Of a stretch of 64,000 nt of DNA, positions 45,368 to 57,378 are shown in pieces. The DNA is from Methyloligellaceae bacterium (GTDB lineage Bacteria; Pseudomonadota; Alphaproteobacteria; Rhizobiales; CBDHHC01). Below the pieces are notes generated by a model. That model made no database searches. It saw only the letters and a program-made list of their open reading frames with translations, and was not told where the DNA came from. The first letter of the stretch is position 1. Each line of letters opens with the position of its first letter. The stretch is from assembly GCA_965263345.1 (NCBI GenBank), contig CBDHHC010000021.1:4182-68181 (forward strand), written 5' to 3'. The position numbers and the translations under genes were made by a program.

Positions 45368-46780
45368 TCAACATTCAGGAAGATTAACGGCCAAGCCACC
45401 AGTTGAGGTTTCTTTATATCGCTCATTCATATCCACACCGGTTTGACGCATAGTCTCAATGCAATTATCGAGCGGCATAACATGTTGTCCATCACCACGC
45501 AGGGCCAATGAAGCGGCAGAAACAGCCTTGATTGCCCCAAGGCCGTTACGTTCAATACAAGGAACCTGCACCAATCCTTTGACAGGATCACATGTCATTC
45601 CAAGATGGTGTTCAAGCGCGATTTCAGCAGCATTTTCAATTTGCTCATTATTTCCGCCCAAAGCTGCGCACAATCCTGCGGCTGCCATGGCAGAAGCAGA
45701 ACCAACTTCACCTTGGCACCCCATTTCTGCGCCGGAAATAGAAGCATTATGTTTGATTAATCCACCAATCGCCGCTGCCGTCAGAAGAAATGTGCGAATA
45801 CCATCATGCTCCGCACCAATACAATGATCACGGTAGTAACGGATAACAGCTGGGACGACACCCGCCGCTCCATTGGTCGGAGAAGTCACAATGCGTCCAC
45901 CAGCTGCATTCTCTTCATTGACAGCCATTGCATAAACAGAAAGCCATTCATTAACAACATGAGGTTGGGTATTATTTCGCTGCTTTTCATGATCAAGCTG
46001 TTCTTTTATAGCCTTTGCGCGTCTTTTGACATGAAGTCCGCCAGGTAGTTCACCATCTTGAGACAAGCCACGATCAATGCAGTCATCCATAACAGACCAT
46101 ATATGATCAAGCTCTTGCTCAAGTTCTTTAGATGATAAAGAGCTCAGCTCATTAGCATATTTCATTTCTGCTATGGATTTCCCAGTGTCTTTGCCCATTT
46201 GAAGCATTTCAAGGGCTGAACGAAATGGAAAGGGAAATGTATTTTCTAAAGTATTATTTTTGCCTTCATATTGATCTGTCTGCTTTTCGTCTAAATCTTT
46301 TGCCGTCACGACAAATCCGCCACCGATCGAATAATATGTTTCTTCAAAACAGAGCGTTCCATCTAAATGAAAAACGCTGAATATCAAACCATTGGCATGA
46401 CCTGGCAACGCAGGACCATAGTCAAAGACAAGATCAGTATCAGGGTCAAATTTAAATTTTGGTAAACCTGCAGGTTGAAGCACTTTTTGCTCATACACTT
46501 CAGCGACAAGACCTTCTGCATCATCAGGGGACATTGTTGCAGGTTCAAGACCGAGTAACCCAAGAATGACAGCGCGGTCTGTTGAATGACCTTTGCCGGT
46601 AAAGGCAAGAGAACCATGTAAAGAACATTTAAGTCTAAGAAGTGCATCAGTATCAGTTTGAATTTGTAACTGCTTACGAAGAGTTGAGAGAAAATATGAG
46701 GCCGCCGTCATAGGCCCCATCGTATGTGAAGAGGAGGGGCCTATTCCTATCTTAAAAATATCAAATACACTTAAGAACAT
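45368..46780 (-). CDS. sdaA: L-serine ammonia-lyase (single-chain iron-sulfur type)
   Basis: 470 aa. The sequence [23 protein letters not shown] is the canonical N-terminus. Confidence 0.9.
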   Translation of the reverse strand: MFLSVFDIFKIGIGPSSSHTMGPMTAASYFLSTLRKQLQIQTDTDALLRLKCSLHGSLAFTGKGHSTDRAVILGLLGLEPATMSPDDAEGLVAEVYEQKVLQPAGLPKFKFDPDTDLVFDYGPALPGHANGLIFSVFHLDGTLCFEETYYSIGGGFVVTAKDLDEKQTDQYEGKNNTLENTFPFPFRSALEMLQMGKDTGKSIAEMKYANELSSLSSKELEQELDHIWSVMDDCIDRGLSQDGELPGGLHVKRRAKAIKEQLDHEKQRNNTQPHVVNEWLSVYAMAVNEENAAGGRIVTSPTNGAAGVVPAVIRYYRDHCIGAEHDGIRTFLLTAAAIGGLIKHNASISGAEMGCQGEVGSASAMAAAGLCAALGGNNEQIENAAEIALEHHLGMTCDPVKGLVQVPCIERNGLGAIKAVSAASLALRGDGQHVMPLDNCIETMRQTGVDMNERYKETSTGGLAVNLPEC

Positions 46781-46837
46781 GGCATGACGCTATAAAATTG
46801 GCCATCTGAAACATGACCAATTCTCTCTTTGCTAAGT

Positions 46838-49705
46838 TTAGTCTGTACCTTCAGAGTAAGAATCCATTGGAGGACAAGAGCAAACTAAATTACGGTCACC
46901 ATAGGCATTATCAACACGATTAACAGGCGACCAGTATTTGTCAACCCGGAATGCCCCAGGTGGGTAACAGGCTTGCTCCCGGCTATAAGGTTTGTTCCAC
47001 TCATCAATAAGGTCTTCCACAGTATGTGGCGCATTCTTTAAAGGGTTATTTTCTGGGTCCATGCGTCCTTGCTCTATGTCCAGAGCTTCTTTGTGTATCG
47101 CAAGCATAGCCTCACAAAAACGATCCAGTTCAGCTTTAGTTTCAGATTCCGTAGGCTCAACCATTAACGTACCTGCAACAGGCCAGCTCATAGTAGGGGC
47201 ATGGAAACCGCAATCGATAAGACGTTTCGCAATATCATCAACAGTTACTTTTGCTGTACTATTTAAATGTCTTGTATCAATAATGCATTCATGGGCGATC
47301 CAACCACTATCCGCTTTATAGAGGATCTCGTAGCTTCCCTCTAGGCGCTTAGCAATATAATTAGCACTTAAGATTGCTATTTTGGTTGCTTGCTTTAAAC
47401 CTTCACCACCCATCAGCAAACAATAGGCCCAACTGATAGGAAGAATTGATGCAGATCCATAAGGCGCAGCAGATACTGGGCCAAGATCACCCCCTGTTTC
47501 AGGGTGATCAGGTAAATGACCAAGAAGATGAGATTTAACACCAATTGGTCCCATGCCTGGACCACCGCCACCATGTGGAATACAGAAGGTCTTGTGAAGA
47601 TTAAGATGACTCACATCTCCACCAATCTTTCCAGGTTGTACTAGACCAACCATGGCATTCATGTTTGCACCATCAATATAGACCTGTCCGCCATGTTGAT
47701 GTGTGATCGCACAAACATCTGTAACAGTTTCTTCAAATACACCGTGTGTAGAGGGGTAGGTGATCATGCATCCAGCAAGTTCATTGGAGTATTTTTCTGC
47801 TTTGTCACGAAAGTCCTCAACATCAATATCGCCATTGGCAGCCGATTTAATTGGAACCACTTTCCATCCCACCATTTGAGCCGTGGCAGGGTTGGTTCCG
47901 TGGGCCGAACTTGGGATCAAACAAACATTCCGATGTCCCTCACCTCGAGAGATGTGATAGTTACGAATGGTTATCAAACCCGCATATTCGCCCTGAGCCC
48001 CAGAATTGGGTTGCATTGAGATACCATCATAGCCGGTGATTTCACAAAGCATATCACCGAGCTCCTTGATCATCTCATGATAACCTTGAACCTGGTCTGC
48101 AGGAGCAAAGGGGTGCAATTGAGCAAATTCAGGCCATGTGATTGGAATCATCTCAGCTGTGGCATTCAACTTCATGGTACATGATCCAAGCGGAATCATT
48201 GCACGGTCGAGAGCAAGATCCCGATCGGCAAGTTTTCGCATATACCGTGTTATTTCAGTTTCGGCTCTATTCTGATTGAAAACAGGATGAGTGAGATAAG
48301 AGCTTGTGCGTAAAATGTTTTCTGGCAAGCGATACTCGCTTGGAAGATCCGCCCTTATGGTCTTAGCTGAGAGATCTCCACCAAAAGCACGCCAGACAGC
48401 CTCAATCGTTTCTAGGCGGGTGAGTTCATCAAGATTAATACCAATACGATCTTTTCCTATCGCACGCAGATTGACATGATTTGTGACTGCTTTGTCCAAA
48501 ATAGAACTTTGCATGTCACCGACATGAACTGTGATCATATCAAAAAATGTATCAGGTTCTATTTTAAATCCAAGTTTCTCAAGCCCAGCTGCAAGACAGA
48601 CGGCGCTTTTGTGAATATTTTGTGCAATCGCTTTAAGACCGTTTGGCCCATGGAAAACAGCATACATGGAGGCCATAACAGCTAAGAGGGCTTGGGCGGT
48701 ACAAACATTAGAGTTTGCTTTTTCTCTGCGAATATGTTGCTCGCGGGTTTGCAAGGCCAAGCGGTAAGCTTTTTTTCCTCGAGAGTCGATTGAAACACCA
48801 ATAATTCGTCCAGGAATGGCCCTCTTGAAAGCATCTCTGGTTGACATATAAGCAGCATGTGGCCCTCCGTATCCCATTGGAACGCCAAAGCGCTGGGTTG
48901 AGCCAATAGCAATATCGGCACCCATTTCTCCAGGAGACTTCAAAATAGTCAAAGCAAGAGGGTCAGCGGCAACAACAGCGATTGCCTGAGCTTCATGCAA
49001 TTTTGAAATAATATCTGTAAAGTCTCTCACATGGCCATGCGTACCAGGATATTGGAAGATCGCGCCAAATACATTTTCAGCAACCAGATGCACTGGATCA
49101 CCAATAATGATATTAATACCGAGTGGTTCTGCACGTGTTTTTATAACCGCAATATTTTGTTGATGACAATTTTCATCAACAAAGAAAGAGGTAGCTTTGG
49201 ATTTTGCAACACGCTTTGCCATGGTCATGGCTTCAGCTGCTGCTGTTGCTTCATCTAAAAGGGAGGCATTGGCAATTTCTAGACCTGTAAGGTCAGAGAC
49301 CATGGTTTGAAAATTTAAGAGCGCCTCCATACGCCCCTGACTGATTTCAGGTTGGTAAGGTGTATAAGCTGTATACCAGGCTGGATTCTCAAGAATATTT
49401 CTGCGAATGACAGGCGGTGTGATTGTTCCATGATACCCTTGTCCAATAAGAGACGTTAAGACTTTATTTTTTTTAGAAACCTTCCGCATATAATCCAAGG
49501 CATCGCCTTCGGAAAGGGCCTCACCAATTTTCAAAGGCTCGTGACTTCTCAGACTCGAAGGAATTGTTTCATCAATAAGGTTATCAAGACTTTGCAGACC
49601 AAGGACTGAAAGCATTTGCTCTATATCTTCTGGCGAAGGGCCAATATGCCGTCGGTTGGCAAAGTCATAAGGTTGATAATGTGTTGGTTCGAAGCTCATG
49701 TACAA
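46838..49705 (-). CDS. gcvP: Glycine dehydrogenase (decarboxylating), single-chain P protein
   Basis: 955 aa, conserved over the full length. Confidence 0.95.
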   Translation of the reverse strand: MYMSFEPTHYQPYDFANRRHIGPSPEDIEQMLSVLGLQSLDNLIDETIPSSLRSHEPLKIGEALSEGDALDYMRKVSKKNKVLTSLIGQGYHGTITPPVIRRNILENPAWYTAYTPYQPEISQGRMEALLNFQTMVSDLTGLEIANASLLDEATAAAEAMTMAKRVAKSKATSFFVDENCHQQNIAVIKTRAEPLGINIIIGDPVHLVAENVFGAIFQYPGTHGHVRDFTDIISKLHEAQAIAVVAADPLALTILKSPGEMGADIAIGSTQRFGVPMGYGGPHAAYMSTRDAFKRAIPGRIIGVSIDSRGKKAYRLALQTREQHIRREKANSNVCTAQALLAVMASMYAVFHGPNGLKAIAQNIHKSAVCLAAGLEKLGFKIEPDTFFDMITVHVGDMQSSILDKAVTNHVNLRAIGKDRIGINLDELTRLETIEAVWRAFGGDLSAKTIRADLPSEYRLPENILRTSSYLTHPVFNQNRAETEITRYMRKLADRDLALDRAMIPLGSCTMKLNATAEMIPITWPEFAQLHPFAPADQVQGYHEMIKELGDMLCEITGYDGISMQPNSGAQGEYAGLITIRNYHISRGEGHRNVCLIPSSAHGTNPATAQMVGWKVVPIKSAANGDIDVEDFRDKAEKYSNELAGCMITYPSTHGVFEETVTDVCAITHQHGGQVYIDGANMNAMVGLVQPGKIGGDVSHLNLHKTFCIPHGGGGPGMGPIGVKSHLLGHLPDHPETGGDLGPVSAAPYGSASILPISWAYCLLMGGEGLKQATKIAILSANYIAKRLEGSYEILYKADSGWIAHECIIDTRHLNSTAKVTVDDIAKRLIDCGFHAPTMSWPVAGTLMVEPTESETKAELDRFCEAMLAIHKEALDIEQGRMDPENNPLKNAPHTVEDLIDEWNKPYSREQACYPPGAFRVDKYWSPVNRVDNAYGDRNLVCSCPPMDSYSEGTD

Positions 49706-49757
49706 TTCCTTAGTTCATAATTTTTTATATGCAGCGCGTTCATAATTTAAAGGCCTA

Positions 49758-50867
49758 TCATCTTTTGTAATTTTGAGGCACAAACGGAAGGGTTACAATT
49801 TTTGCCGGCACTGATTTACCCCGCAAAGTTAGATTGATTTCTGTGTCTGGCTCCGCATGTTGCGCACTGACATACCCCATTGAAATTGGGTATTGTTTTG
49901 TTGGGCTAAAACCACCGCTTGTAACTTGACCAATAGGTTGACCATCAGTCGTAGTAATCTCTACCCCTTGTCGTGCAGGGGCTTTGCCACCTGGAAGTAT
50001 GCCAACTAACTTACGAGATGGCCCCTCAGATAATTCTTTTAAGATACGGTCTGCACCAGGAAAGCCGCCTGACTGGCGACGACGTTTCTGCATAAGCCAT
50101 TGGATTTGAGCTTCAACTGGCGAGGTTTGTGTATCGATATCATTTCCATAAAGGCATAGACCAGCTTCTAATCTTAAGCTATCACGTGCACCAAGTCCAG
50201 CAGGGGCACAATCATCATGTTCTAAGAGGGCCTTACTAATTTTAATGGCATGACTTTGTGGGATAGATATTTCATAACCATCTTCCCCGGTATAACCAAG
50301 TCTGGAAATTCGACAATGTATGCCTAAAATTTCAGCTTCTGTGGTTTCCATAAATTTCAACTGAGCAGCAGTTGGTGCAAAGGCACTCAAAATAGTTTCC
50401 GCAGCAGGGCCTTGTATAGCAATCAATGCATGCTCGTTTAGCTCTATAACATCAACGAAACCAAGATGCTGTCGCATATGAGCAATATCCTGATCACGCA
50501 TAGATGCATTCACAACAACAAAAAGATAGTCTCCGGCATTTGAAACAATCAAATCATCAAGAATGCCACCAGCATCATTTGTGAAAACCGTATAACGTGC
50601 CTTACCAGATTTCAGCCCAGTAATGCTACTGGGAACCAGATTTTCCAGTTCATGGGCAGCAGTCTCTCCTTTTAAGAGGACTTGTCCCATATGCGAAACA
50701 TCAAAAAGAGCTGCTTTATTCCGGCACTGATGATGTTCGGACATAATCCCTGAGGGATATTGCACAGGCATTTGCCAACCCGCAAAATCCACCATCTTGG
50801 CCCCCAACTCAACATGCAGGTCATAGAGCGGTGTTTTTTTGATAGGCGAATTACTGTCATGCGCCAT
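49758..50867 (-). CDS. gcvT: Glycine cleavage system aminomethyltransferase T
   Basis: 369 aa. The sequence KKTPLYDLHVELGAKMVDFAGWQMPVQY is typical. Confidence 0.95.
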   Translation of the reverse strand: MAHDSNSPIKKTPLYDLHVELGAKMVDFAGWQMPVQYPSGIMSEHHQCRNKAALFDVSHMGQVLLKGETAAHELENLVPSSITGLKSGKARYTVFTNDAGGILDDLIVSNAGDYLFVVVNASMRDQDIAHMRQHLGFVDVIELNEHALIAIQGPAAETILSAFAPTAAQLKFMETTEAEILGIHCRISRLGYTGEDGYEISIPQSHAIKISKALLEHDDCAPAGLGARDSLRLEAGLCLYGNDIDTQTSPVEAQIQWLMQKRRRQSGGFPGADRILKELSEGPSRKLVGILPGGKAPARQGVEITTTDGQPIGQVTSGGFSPTKQYPISMGYVSAQHAEPDTEINLTLRGKSVPAKIVTLPFVPQNYKR

Positions 50868-51213
50868 TGATATATCCTTTATCTCTTTAATTTCGTCTCA
50901 ATGCACGTGCATTTGATAGTCTAATATGTGTTTGCTTTGCAAAATTCTTACTCAACAGCAAAAGGCATATACTTTTGGGATACAAAACCATTGCTCTTAT
51001 GATATTGAAATATATATGCTTTACGGATAACTGGAGAGTACAATTAATCGATTGTCTCCTGAAATTTGTGACTTATTGTAGAGAGATACAAAAGGTAATG
51101 TTCAAAAAAACATAGACCTGAAAATTTTAATTCGGAGTATAATATATATCGTCTCATGACACTGTCCCACAACAAAAGCAGCTTGGTCCAAAGCTTGGTA
51201 CCAATCCACCTCA

Positions 51214-51390
51214 TCTGTCCTGGGACCTGAGAGATTTCATCATTGATAAAGATTAACCAACGACTTATCACCTTCGGTGAGCTGCTCTAAGCGGCTACTT
51301 TCCAGAGGGCCATCAGCTTGCGATCCTTTTGCCTGAGAGTTTCCGAGGCGTTTGCTCCTTCGGCGCCGACTTGAAATCAGTCTCTCCCGC
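51214..51390 (-). promoter_or_regulatory. Tandem glycine riboswitch (two aptamers)
   Basis: The minus strand reads GGGAGAGACTG...GGCGCCGAAGGAGCAAACGCC...CTCTCAGGCAAAAGGATCGC for aptamer 1. It then reads CTCTGGAAAGTAGCC...GCTCACCGAAGGTGATAAG...CTCTCAGGTCCCAGGACAGA for aptamer 2. It lies upstream of gcvT. Confidence 0.85.
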
Positions 51391-51544
51391 AAGATTCGTT
51401 TGGCATGTTAAAGTTTAATGGTAGTCTGAAAATATTTTTAAAGTCAATATATTTTATATTTCACAATATAAGCTTCTTTAATCATATCACTGACCATACG
51501 GACTTAAGCTCAGACTCTTCATCCAAGAAAGAGGGAACATGCGG

Positions 51545-51650
51545 GATTAAATCTTTATTGACTATAAAACCATAAGATATTTTTTTGTGGGAAAATAATC
51601 CTTGAAATTGTCAGGATTCTATGCTATGTATAGTGCATAATCAGATAATT
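51545..51650 (+). promoter_or_regulatory. Repeat family D copy 3 (diverged)
   Basis: TTGAAA (51602..51607), a 17-nt spacer, then TATGTA (51625..51630), followed by GTGCATAATCAG. It is alignable to copies 1 and 2 at roughly two thirds of positions by eye. Confidence 0.35.
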
Positions 51651-51674
51651 CTTATAAATTTAAAAAAGACTCAC

Positions 51675-54600
51675 TTAAATTTCGATCACTTCTAAAACGC
51701 CTTTCAAGGTTCGTAATCGACTGGCCTGTTGAGGTGTAACATCGAAATGACCTGGAAGTTGAAATTCAACTTCTCGTTGCATATCTTCAAGTTTGACCTG
51801 AAAAAAGAGTTCTCCTCTACCAGAGGTACTGACTGCATTGGCAATCTCTTGAAATGCAGCTGATTTATCTAAACGAACACGCAAACCTTTTTGGATTGAC
51901 TTGGCTTTGCGATCTAAGCTTTCGACGCCTAAAACTCTTAAGCGCATTTGTTCTTCGTCCATTTCACCCTCGACACGAACAAGAACAGGCGTACCGGTTT
52001 CGAGTAGGGCCCGTGTAGCTTCTAAGGTTTCAGAAAAGAGGATTGCTTCATACTGGCCGCTGGCATCTGAGAATCCGACAAAAGCATATTTGTTGCCATT
52101 TTTTGATTTGCGTTCCTGTTTAAAAGCAACGATGCCACCGAGCATACCGACAGCTCTACTTTCGTCAATGGTACGTTTTTCGAATGCTTTCCATTCTTCA
52201 ACGCCCATGCGATCCAGAGCACTTTTATATTGATCTAATGGGTGCCCGGAAATGAAAAAGCCTACAGCATCAAATTCATGCGTAAGTGTTTCAAGTGGGA
52301 GCCAGGCTGGTGAGGGCCTTAGAGCAAGTTTAGGAGTTTCACCTCCAGAACCAAAGAGATCATTTTGGCCAACAGCTCTATCGGCATTTGACCTTTGCGC
52401 TTCAGCTAAGATAGTATCGACATTTTGATAAACAAGCGCTCTGTTTTTTTGCAGTTCGTCAAAGGATCCAGCTGCGCTGAGCATTTCCATCGCGCGTTTA
52501 TTTAACATTTTTGGATCAATACGGTTGGAAAAATCAGTAAGACTTTTATATTTGCCAGACTCTTCTCGTAAGTCACAGATATGTTGAACGGATTGTTCGC
52601 CAATGTTTTTTAAAGCTGCCATAGAATAGCGGATTGCACCATTTTCCGGGCGGAATTCTGCGAATGAATTATTGATTGATGGTGGTAGAATTGTTATGCC
52701 AGACTCTTTAACTGACTGATAAAACATAGCGATTTTTTCAGTATTGCCTTGGTCAAGGGTCATAATTGCAGCCATAAATTCAACTGGGTAGTTAGCTTTT
52801 AAATAAGCTGTTTGATAAGCAACCAGGGCATAAGCCGCAGCGTGAGATTTATTAAAACCATAACCCGCGAATTTATTTACAAGATCGAAGATGAAATCGG
52901 CATGTTTTTTATCAACACCGGCCTCTTCAGCCCCTGATACGAAACGAACACGTTGTTTGTCCATTTCTTCTTTAATTTTTTTACCCATTGCACGGCGAAG
53001 CAAATCGGCTTCTCCAAGTGAGTAACCTGCAAGGATTTGAGCAATCTGCATCACCTGCTCCTGATAAATAATAACCCCATAGGTTTCTTTCAGAACTGGT
53101 TCTAACAAAGGGTGAAGATAATCAATTTCTTCTTCACCATATTTTCGGTTGATATAGGTTGGGATGTTATCCATTGGACCTGGACGATAAAGCGCAACCA
53201 TTGCGATGATGTCTTCAAAACGGTCAGGGCGCAGACGGCGCAAACTATCGCGCATGCCGCTACTCTCCAATTGGAAGACGCCTACGGTATCAGCTCTTGC
53301 TAAGAGTTCGAAACTTGGTTTATCATCTAAAGGAATGGTGGCGATGTCGAAATTCCCACCTTTTTTATTTATGAACTCGGTTGTTTTTTCAATAACGGTG
53401 AGTGTTTTTAAGCCTAGAAAGTCAAATTTTACAAGTCCAGCTGGCTCAACCCATTTCATATTGAACTGGGTGGCAGGAAGTTCTGAACGAGGATCTCTGT
53501 AAAGTGGTACGAGCTCAGTTAAAGGGCGGTCACCGATTACAACGCCAGCTGCGTGTGTTGAGGCATGCCGGTAAAGGCCTTCAAGTTTTTGACCAATTGT
53601 CAAAAGACGCTCAACAATTTCTTCGCTCTCTTGTGCTTCTTTTAGTTTTGGTTCTTCAACGAGAGCTTCTGCCAAAGTCATTGGATTGGCTGGATTGTTT
53701 GGAACCATTTTACAAAGGGAGTCAACCTGTCCGTAGGGCATTTGCAAAACGCGCCCGACATCACGCAAGACTGCTCTTGCTTGGAGTTTTCCGAAAGTGA
53801 TAATCTGAGCAACTCTGTCTTCGCCATATTTTTTCTGGACGTAATGAATAACTTCGTCACGGCGATCCTGACAAAAGTCAATATCAAAGTCTGGCATTGA
53901 TACACGTTCAGGATTAAGAAAACGCTCAAAAAGGAGACCAAAACGTAAAGGATCAAGATCTGTAATTGTTAAAACCCAAGCAACTAGAGAACCGGCACCA
54001 GAACCACGACCCGGACCAACTGGGATGCCTTGTGCTTTTGTCCATTTGATAAAGTCTGATACGATCAAGAAATACCCTGGGAATTTCATATTTGTGATTA
54101 TATTCAACTCATAATCCAAACGTTCCCAGTACTCTTTTTCTTCAACTCCTTCAGCAATACCTTGTTTTTCCAAACGAAGTTTAAGACCTTCTTTGGCTTG
54201 GCATGCAAGTTCATTCGCTTCAGCTTTTAGGATCTCATCTTTGTTCATATCCTTAGTTGTTGCCACGAATTGGGGCAAAATTGGTGGATGAGTTTTCGGG
54301 CGGTAAGCGCACCTTTGAGCTATTTCTAATGTATTTTCTATTGCCTCTGGAATGTCTTTAAATTGCTCAACCATTTCTGCTTGAGATTTAAAAAAATGCT
54401 CTTTTGTAAGTTGCCGACGATCATCTTCGGACACATAACGGCCTTCGGCAATACAGATTAGAGCGTCATGCGCTTCATAATCTTCTGGTTTTGAGAAGTA
54501 ACATTCATTTGTCGCTACGATTGGTAATTCCATATCGTAAGCAAGTTTTAGAAGCTTTGGTTCAACATAAGCTTGTTCTGGTGTACCATGTCTATGAATT

Positions 54601-55154
54601 TCAACATAGGTGCGATTTCCAAAAATCTCAGAGAAACACTTTAGAAATGTTTCTGCTTCTTCTATATCATCTTTGGCAAGAGCTTTATCTACAGGACCAT
54701 CTGATCCTCCTGTGAGGAAAATCAAACCGTCTTGGTGCTCTTTGAGGTCATCCAAATAAACATATGGTTGAGGAGCATCTTTTTGTAGAAAGTAGCCATG
54801 GCTTGTCAACCACATGAGGTTTTCGTAACCTGTCCGATCTTTTACCAGGAGCACAATTTCTCCGTCGCATAAATTATTTGACATTTGATCGGAGACACCA
54901 GGAACAAAACCTTCAGGCGTTTTAAGGATAATTCCAAGTGTGCAACCAATGATAGGCTGAACACCAGCACCAGATAGTTTTTCAGAAAATTCTAGAGCAC
55001 CAAACAAATTATTGGTATCTGTTAAGCCAATAGCAGGCATATGACTCTTACACGCAAGGTCTACTAATTTGCCAACAGGAAGAGCTCCTTCCAATAATGA
55101 ATAAGAGGAGTGAACTCTCAGATGAACAAATGATAGTTTTTCTTCTTGTGCCAT
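51675..55154 (-). CDS. dnaE: DNA polymerase III alpha subunit
   Basis: 1159 aa with a PHP domain start (FVHLRVHSSYSLLEG), polymerase core, and OB-fold. Confidence 0.97.
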   Translation of the reverse strand: MAQEEKLSFVHLRVHSSYSLLEGALPVGKLVDLACKSHMPAIGLTDTNNLFGALEFSEKLSGAGVQPIIGCTLGIILKTPEGFVPGVSDQMSNNLCDGEIVLLVKDRTGYENLMWLTSHGYFLQKDAPQPYVYLDDLKEHQDGLIFLTGGSDGPVDKALAKDDIEEAETFLKCFSEIFGNRTYVEIHRHGTPEQAYVEPKLLKLAYDMELPIVATNECYFSKPEDYEAHDALICIAEGRYVSEDDRRQLTKEHFFKSQAEMVEQFKDIPEAIENTLEIAQRCAYRPKTHPPILPQFVATTKDMNKDEILKAEANELACQAKEGLKLRLEKQGIAEGVEEKEYWERLDYELNIITNMKFPGYFLIVSDFIKWTKAQGIPVGPGRGSGAGSLVAWVLTITDLDPLRFGLLFERFLNPERVSMPDFDIDFCQDRRDEVIHYVQKKYGEDRVAQIITFGKLQARAVLRDVGRVLQMPYGQVDSLCKMVPNNPANPMTLAEALVEEPKLKEAQESEEIVERLLTIGQKLEGLYRHASTHAAGVVIGDRPLTELVPLYRDPRSELPATQFNMKWVEPAGLVKFDFLGLKTLTVIEKTTEFINKKGGNFDIATIPLDDKPSFELLARADTVGVFQLESSGMRDSLRRLRPDRFEDIIAMVALYRPGPMDNIPTYINRKYGEEEIDYLHPLLEPVLKETYGVIIYQEQVMQIAQILAGYSLGEADLLRRAMGKKIKEEMDKQRVRFVSGAEEAGVDKKHADFIFDLVNKFAGYGFNKSHAAAYALVAYQTAYLKANYPVEFMAAIMTLDQGNTEKIAMFYQSVKESGITILPPSINNSFAEFRPENGAIRYSMAALKNIGEQSVQHICDLREESGKYKSLTDFSNRIDPKMLNKRAMEMLSAAGSFDELQKNRALVYQNVDTILAEAQRSNADRAVGQNDLFGSGGETPKLALRPSPAWLPLETLTHEFDAVGFFISGHPLDQYKSALDRMGVEEWKAFEKRTIDESRAVGMLGGIVAFKQERKSKNGNKYAFVGFSDASGQYEAILFSETLEATRALLETGTPVLVRVEGEMDEEQMRLRVLGVESLDRKAKSIQKGLRVRLDKSAAFQEIANAVSTSGRGELFFQVKLEDMQREVEFQLPGHFDVTPQQASRLRTLKGVLEVIEI

Positions 55155-55252
55155 AAATCAAAATGCCTTGATGTGAATCTTTTTAAATCAGCTTACAGGA
55201 ATTTCATCATGATTCTATAAGGAAAGGTAAGTTATATCAGGAATCACAGAGG

Positions 55253-55690
55253 TTATTTTTCATTTGCAAATGCAGTATGTTTTACACGATCTCCGAGCTT
55301 AATATTTAAACGGTCCACGGTTCCAGCGACAAGCTCTAACACAGCACGGACAGGTCCTTGTGATGGGATATTTTCTTCGGAGAAAGGTTCTGTGTTACTG
55401 ACGATATGATGTATGTGGCCATCAGATTTGATGAAGAGCATATCTAGAGGAATGTAGGTGTTTTTCATCCACATTGCTCTAGGCTGCTCATCCTCATGTA
55501 TAAATAGCATACCATGAGTTTTTGCCATTTCACGACGAAACATAAGACCTCGGTTTTGCTCGGAGGGTTCGTCGGCGATTTCTATTGTAAATTTATGAGA
55601 CCCATTTGATGTTTGAATGATCAACTCATTTGAGAGCTCTTTAGTGCCAGGCTGAAAATTGTCTTTACATCCTATTATATTCAACATCAT
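55253..55690 (-). CDS. DUF192-domain protein (start uncertain; possible lipoprotein)
   Basis: The motifs GLMFRREMAKTHGMLF...MWMKNTYIPLDMLFI are DUF192-like. The long ORF to 55939 overlaps the CSD gene and is rejected. The segment LLFMMLNIIGC looks like a lipobox, but no canonical start codon lies upstream of it. Confidence 0.5.
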   Translation of the reverse strand: MMLNIIGCKDNFQPGTKELSNELIIQTSNGSHKFTIEIADEPSEQNRGLMFRREMAKTHGMLFIHEDEQPRAMWMKNTYIPLDMLFIKSDGHIHHIVSNTEPFSEENIPSQGPVRAVLELVAGTVDRLNIKLGDRVKHTAFANEK

Positions 55691-55763
55691 GAATAATAAT
55701 ATGGAAGAAAGAAATACTCTCTTCCATATATGTATATTTATAGATCTAAATTTTTTTGCTCTA

Positions 55764-56363
55764 TTAATGAGCTGCCGGATAAGGAGCTGCTGTTCCATCA
55801 GGTTTGAGTTCTGCTGCCATAAGACCCTTTGGTCCACGACCAAAACGAACCATGACAGTTTGGCCTGGACGTAACTCGGTGAAACCAAAGCGTCGTAATG
55901 TTTCCATATGGACGAATATATCACCAGTTCCTTCTCCACGCGTCAAAAAACCAAAACCACGAATGCGATTAAACCATTTTACTTCAGCGCGCTCAAAATC
56001 ACTTTCAGGAACGACTTGAACGTGCGTTCTTTGTGGAAGCTGCGAAGGATGAATGGCTGTACTTTCGTCCATGGATACAATTCTAAATGCTTGCATCCCT
56101 TTTGGTCGCTTTAAAACTTCACATACTACCCGTGCACCTTCGTAAGCCGTCTGAAAACCATCTCTTCGAAGGCATGTCACATGTAGTAATATATCAGAAG
56201 AGCCATCATCAGGAACGATAAAACCGTAGCCTTTTGACGCATCAAACCATTTAATAGAACCAGCTACTTCGAATACATCAACAGCTGCATCATTGCTCAG
56301 CGCTGCAACGTCCTCATCTGTAATAATAAGGTCGTGCAAGTCTGGCGATATATTTGTCGCCAT
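55764..56363 (-). CDS. Protein with two cold-shock domains
   Basis: The two CSDs are [27 protein letters not shown] and [27 protein letters not shown]. Confidence 0.8.
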   Translation of the reverse strand: MATNISPDLHDLIITDEDVAALSNDAAVDVFEVAGSIKWFDASKGYGFIVPDDGSSDILLHVTCLRRDGFQTAYEGARVVCEVLKRPKGMQAFRIVSMDESTAIHPSQLPQRTHVQVVPESDFERAEVKWFNRIRGFGFLTRGEGTGDIFVHMETLRRFGFTELRPGQTVMVRFGRGPKGLMAAELKPDGTAAPYPAAH

Positions 56364-56876
56364 AGTAATCCCCCGCAAATTAACTTCAAATCTCTCAGTT
56401 TGGTTTGCTTCACTTTGCCCTCATGAAGCTCCCCATCTGCTGATAAAGAAGATATCATCACTTGCTGATGATGCCAGTGAAAAGTGTTAACCTTTTATCT
56501 TCTCCACAACATCGGAGATTTTAAAAAACACAAACATAATTTATCAATTGATTGTTATACAAAGAGAAATAAGGATTTTTAGCAAAAAACAAAGAATTTT
56601 GTTTTTTTGGATTTCTCCACTTGAATTAACAATTTGGACAATAATCAAATTAATTTTTGGCGAAAATTTGCCCTAATTTTAACGAATCATGGCTTTCCAC
56701 AGATGGAAAACTAAATTTTTATTTTAATATTTTTTTAGTTAGAACAAGTATTTGTCATGTAAACTAAGTCATAAAATATCTGGAGCCAAATATATTTCTT
56801 AAATTTCATGTCAAGATTACGCCTTAAACCTTATATATATTACGGCATAAATATGGCAAAAACATAAGGGTAATTT

Positions 56877-57296
56877 ATGAAATATCTTCATACAATGGTT
56901 AGAGTCACTAATATTGAAGAGTCTCTTGATTTTTATTGTAACAAACTTGGGCTCATTGAGATAAGACGTAAAGAATTTGAAACTGGCCGCTTCACACTTA
57001 TATTTCTAGCTGCGCCAGGTGATGAAACTGCTCAAGTTGAGTTAACGTACAATTGGGATACTGAAGAATATACCGAAGGTCGCAATTTTGGGCACCTTGC
57101 CTATCTGGTTGATAATATTTATGAAACGTGTCAGAGACTTATGGACTCAGGTGTTGTCATAAATCGGCCGCCACGAGATGGCCATATGGCATTTATTCGA
57201 TCACCAGATAATATCTCAATTGAACTTTTACAAAAAGGCGATGCCTTGCCAAAGCAAGAACCTTGGGCTTCAATGGAAAATACTGGTCATTGGTAG
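56877..57296 (+). CDS. gloA: Lactoylglutathione lyase (glyoxalase I)
   Basis: 139 aa. The sequence [26 protein letters not shown] is a VOC-fold start, and the length is typical. Confidence 0.85.
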   Translation: MKYLHTMVRVTNIEESLDFYCNKLGLIEIRRKEFETGRFTLIFLAAPGDETAQVELTYNWDTEEYTEGRNFGHLAYLVDNIYETCQRLMDSGVVINRPPRDGHMAFIRSPDNISIELLQKGDALPKQEPWASMENTGHW

Positions 57297-57303
57297 AAAA
57301 AAG

Positions 57304-57378
57304 TGGCACCCCCTAGGAGAATCGAACTCCTGTTTCAAGAATGAAAATCTTGCGTCCTAACCACTAGACGAAGGGGGC
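57304..57378 (-). tRNA. tRNA-Glu (anticodon UUC), CCA encoded
   Basis: The reverse complement is GCCCCCTTCGTCTAGTGGTTAGGACGCAAGATTTTCATTCTTGAAACAGGAGTTCGATTCTCCTAGGGGGTGCCA. It folds as a cloverleaf: anticodon stem CAAGA/TCTTG, loop TTTTCAT, and T-arm AGGAG-TTCGATT-CTCCT. Confidence 0.9.

Noticed and set aside
51044-51271. 75-aa minus-strand ORF upstream of gcvT
   Set aside because: Its 5' part overlaps aptamer 2 of the glycine riboswitch. The sequence is AT-rich and low-complexity with no recognisable family. It is treated as leader RNA.
2322-54715. Numerous 60-140-aa ORFs antisense to or nested in long conserved genes (for example 2322..2642, 3566..3838, 14196..15306, 34021..34443, 37783..38233, 45459..45827, 47693..48039, 51901..52233, 53206..53800)
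   Set aside because: Each lies entirely within a well-supported gene on the opposite strand or in another frame, and none has family features. They are considered shadow ORFs.
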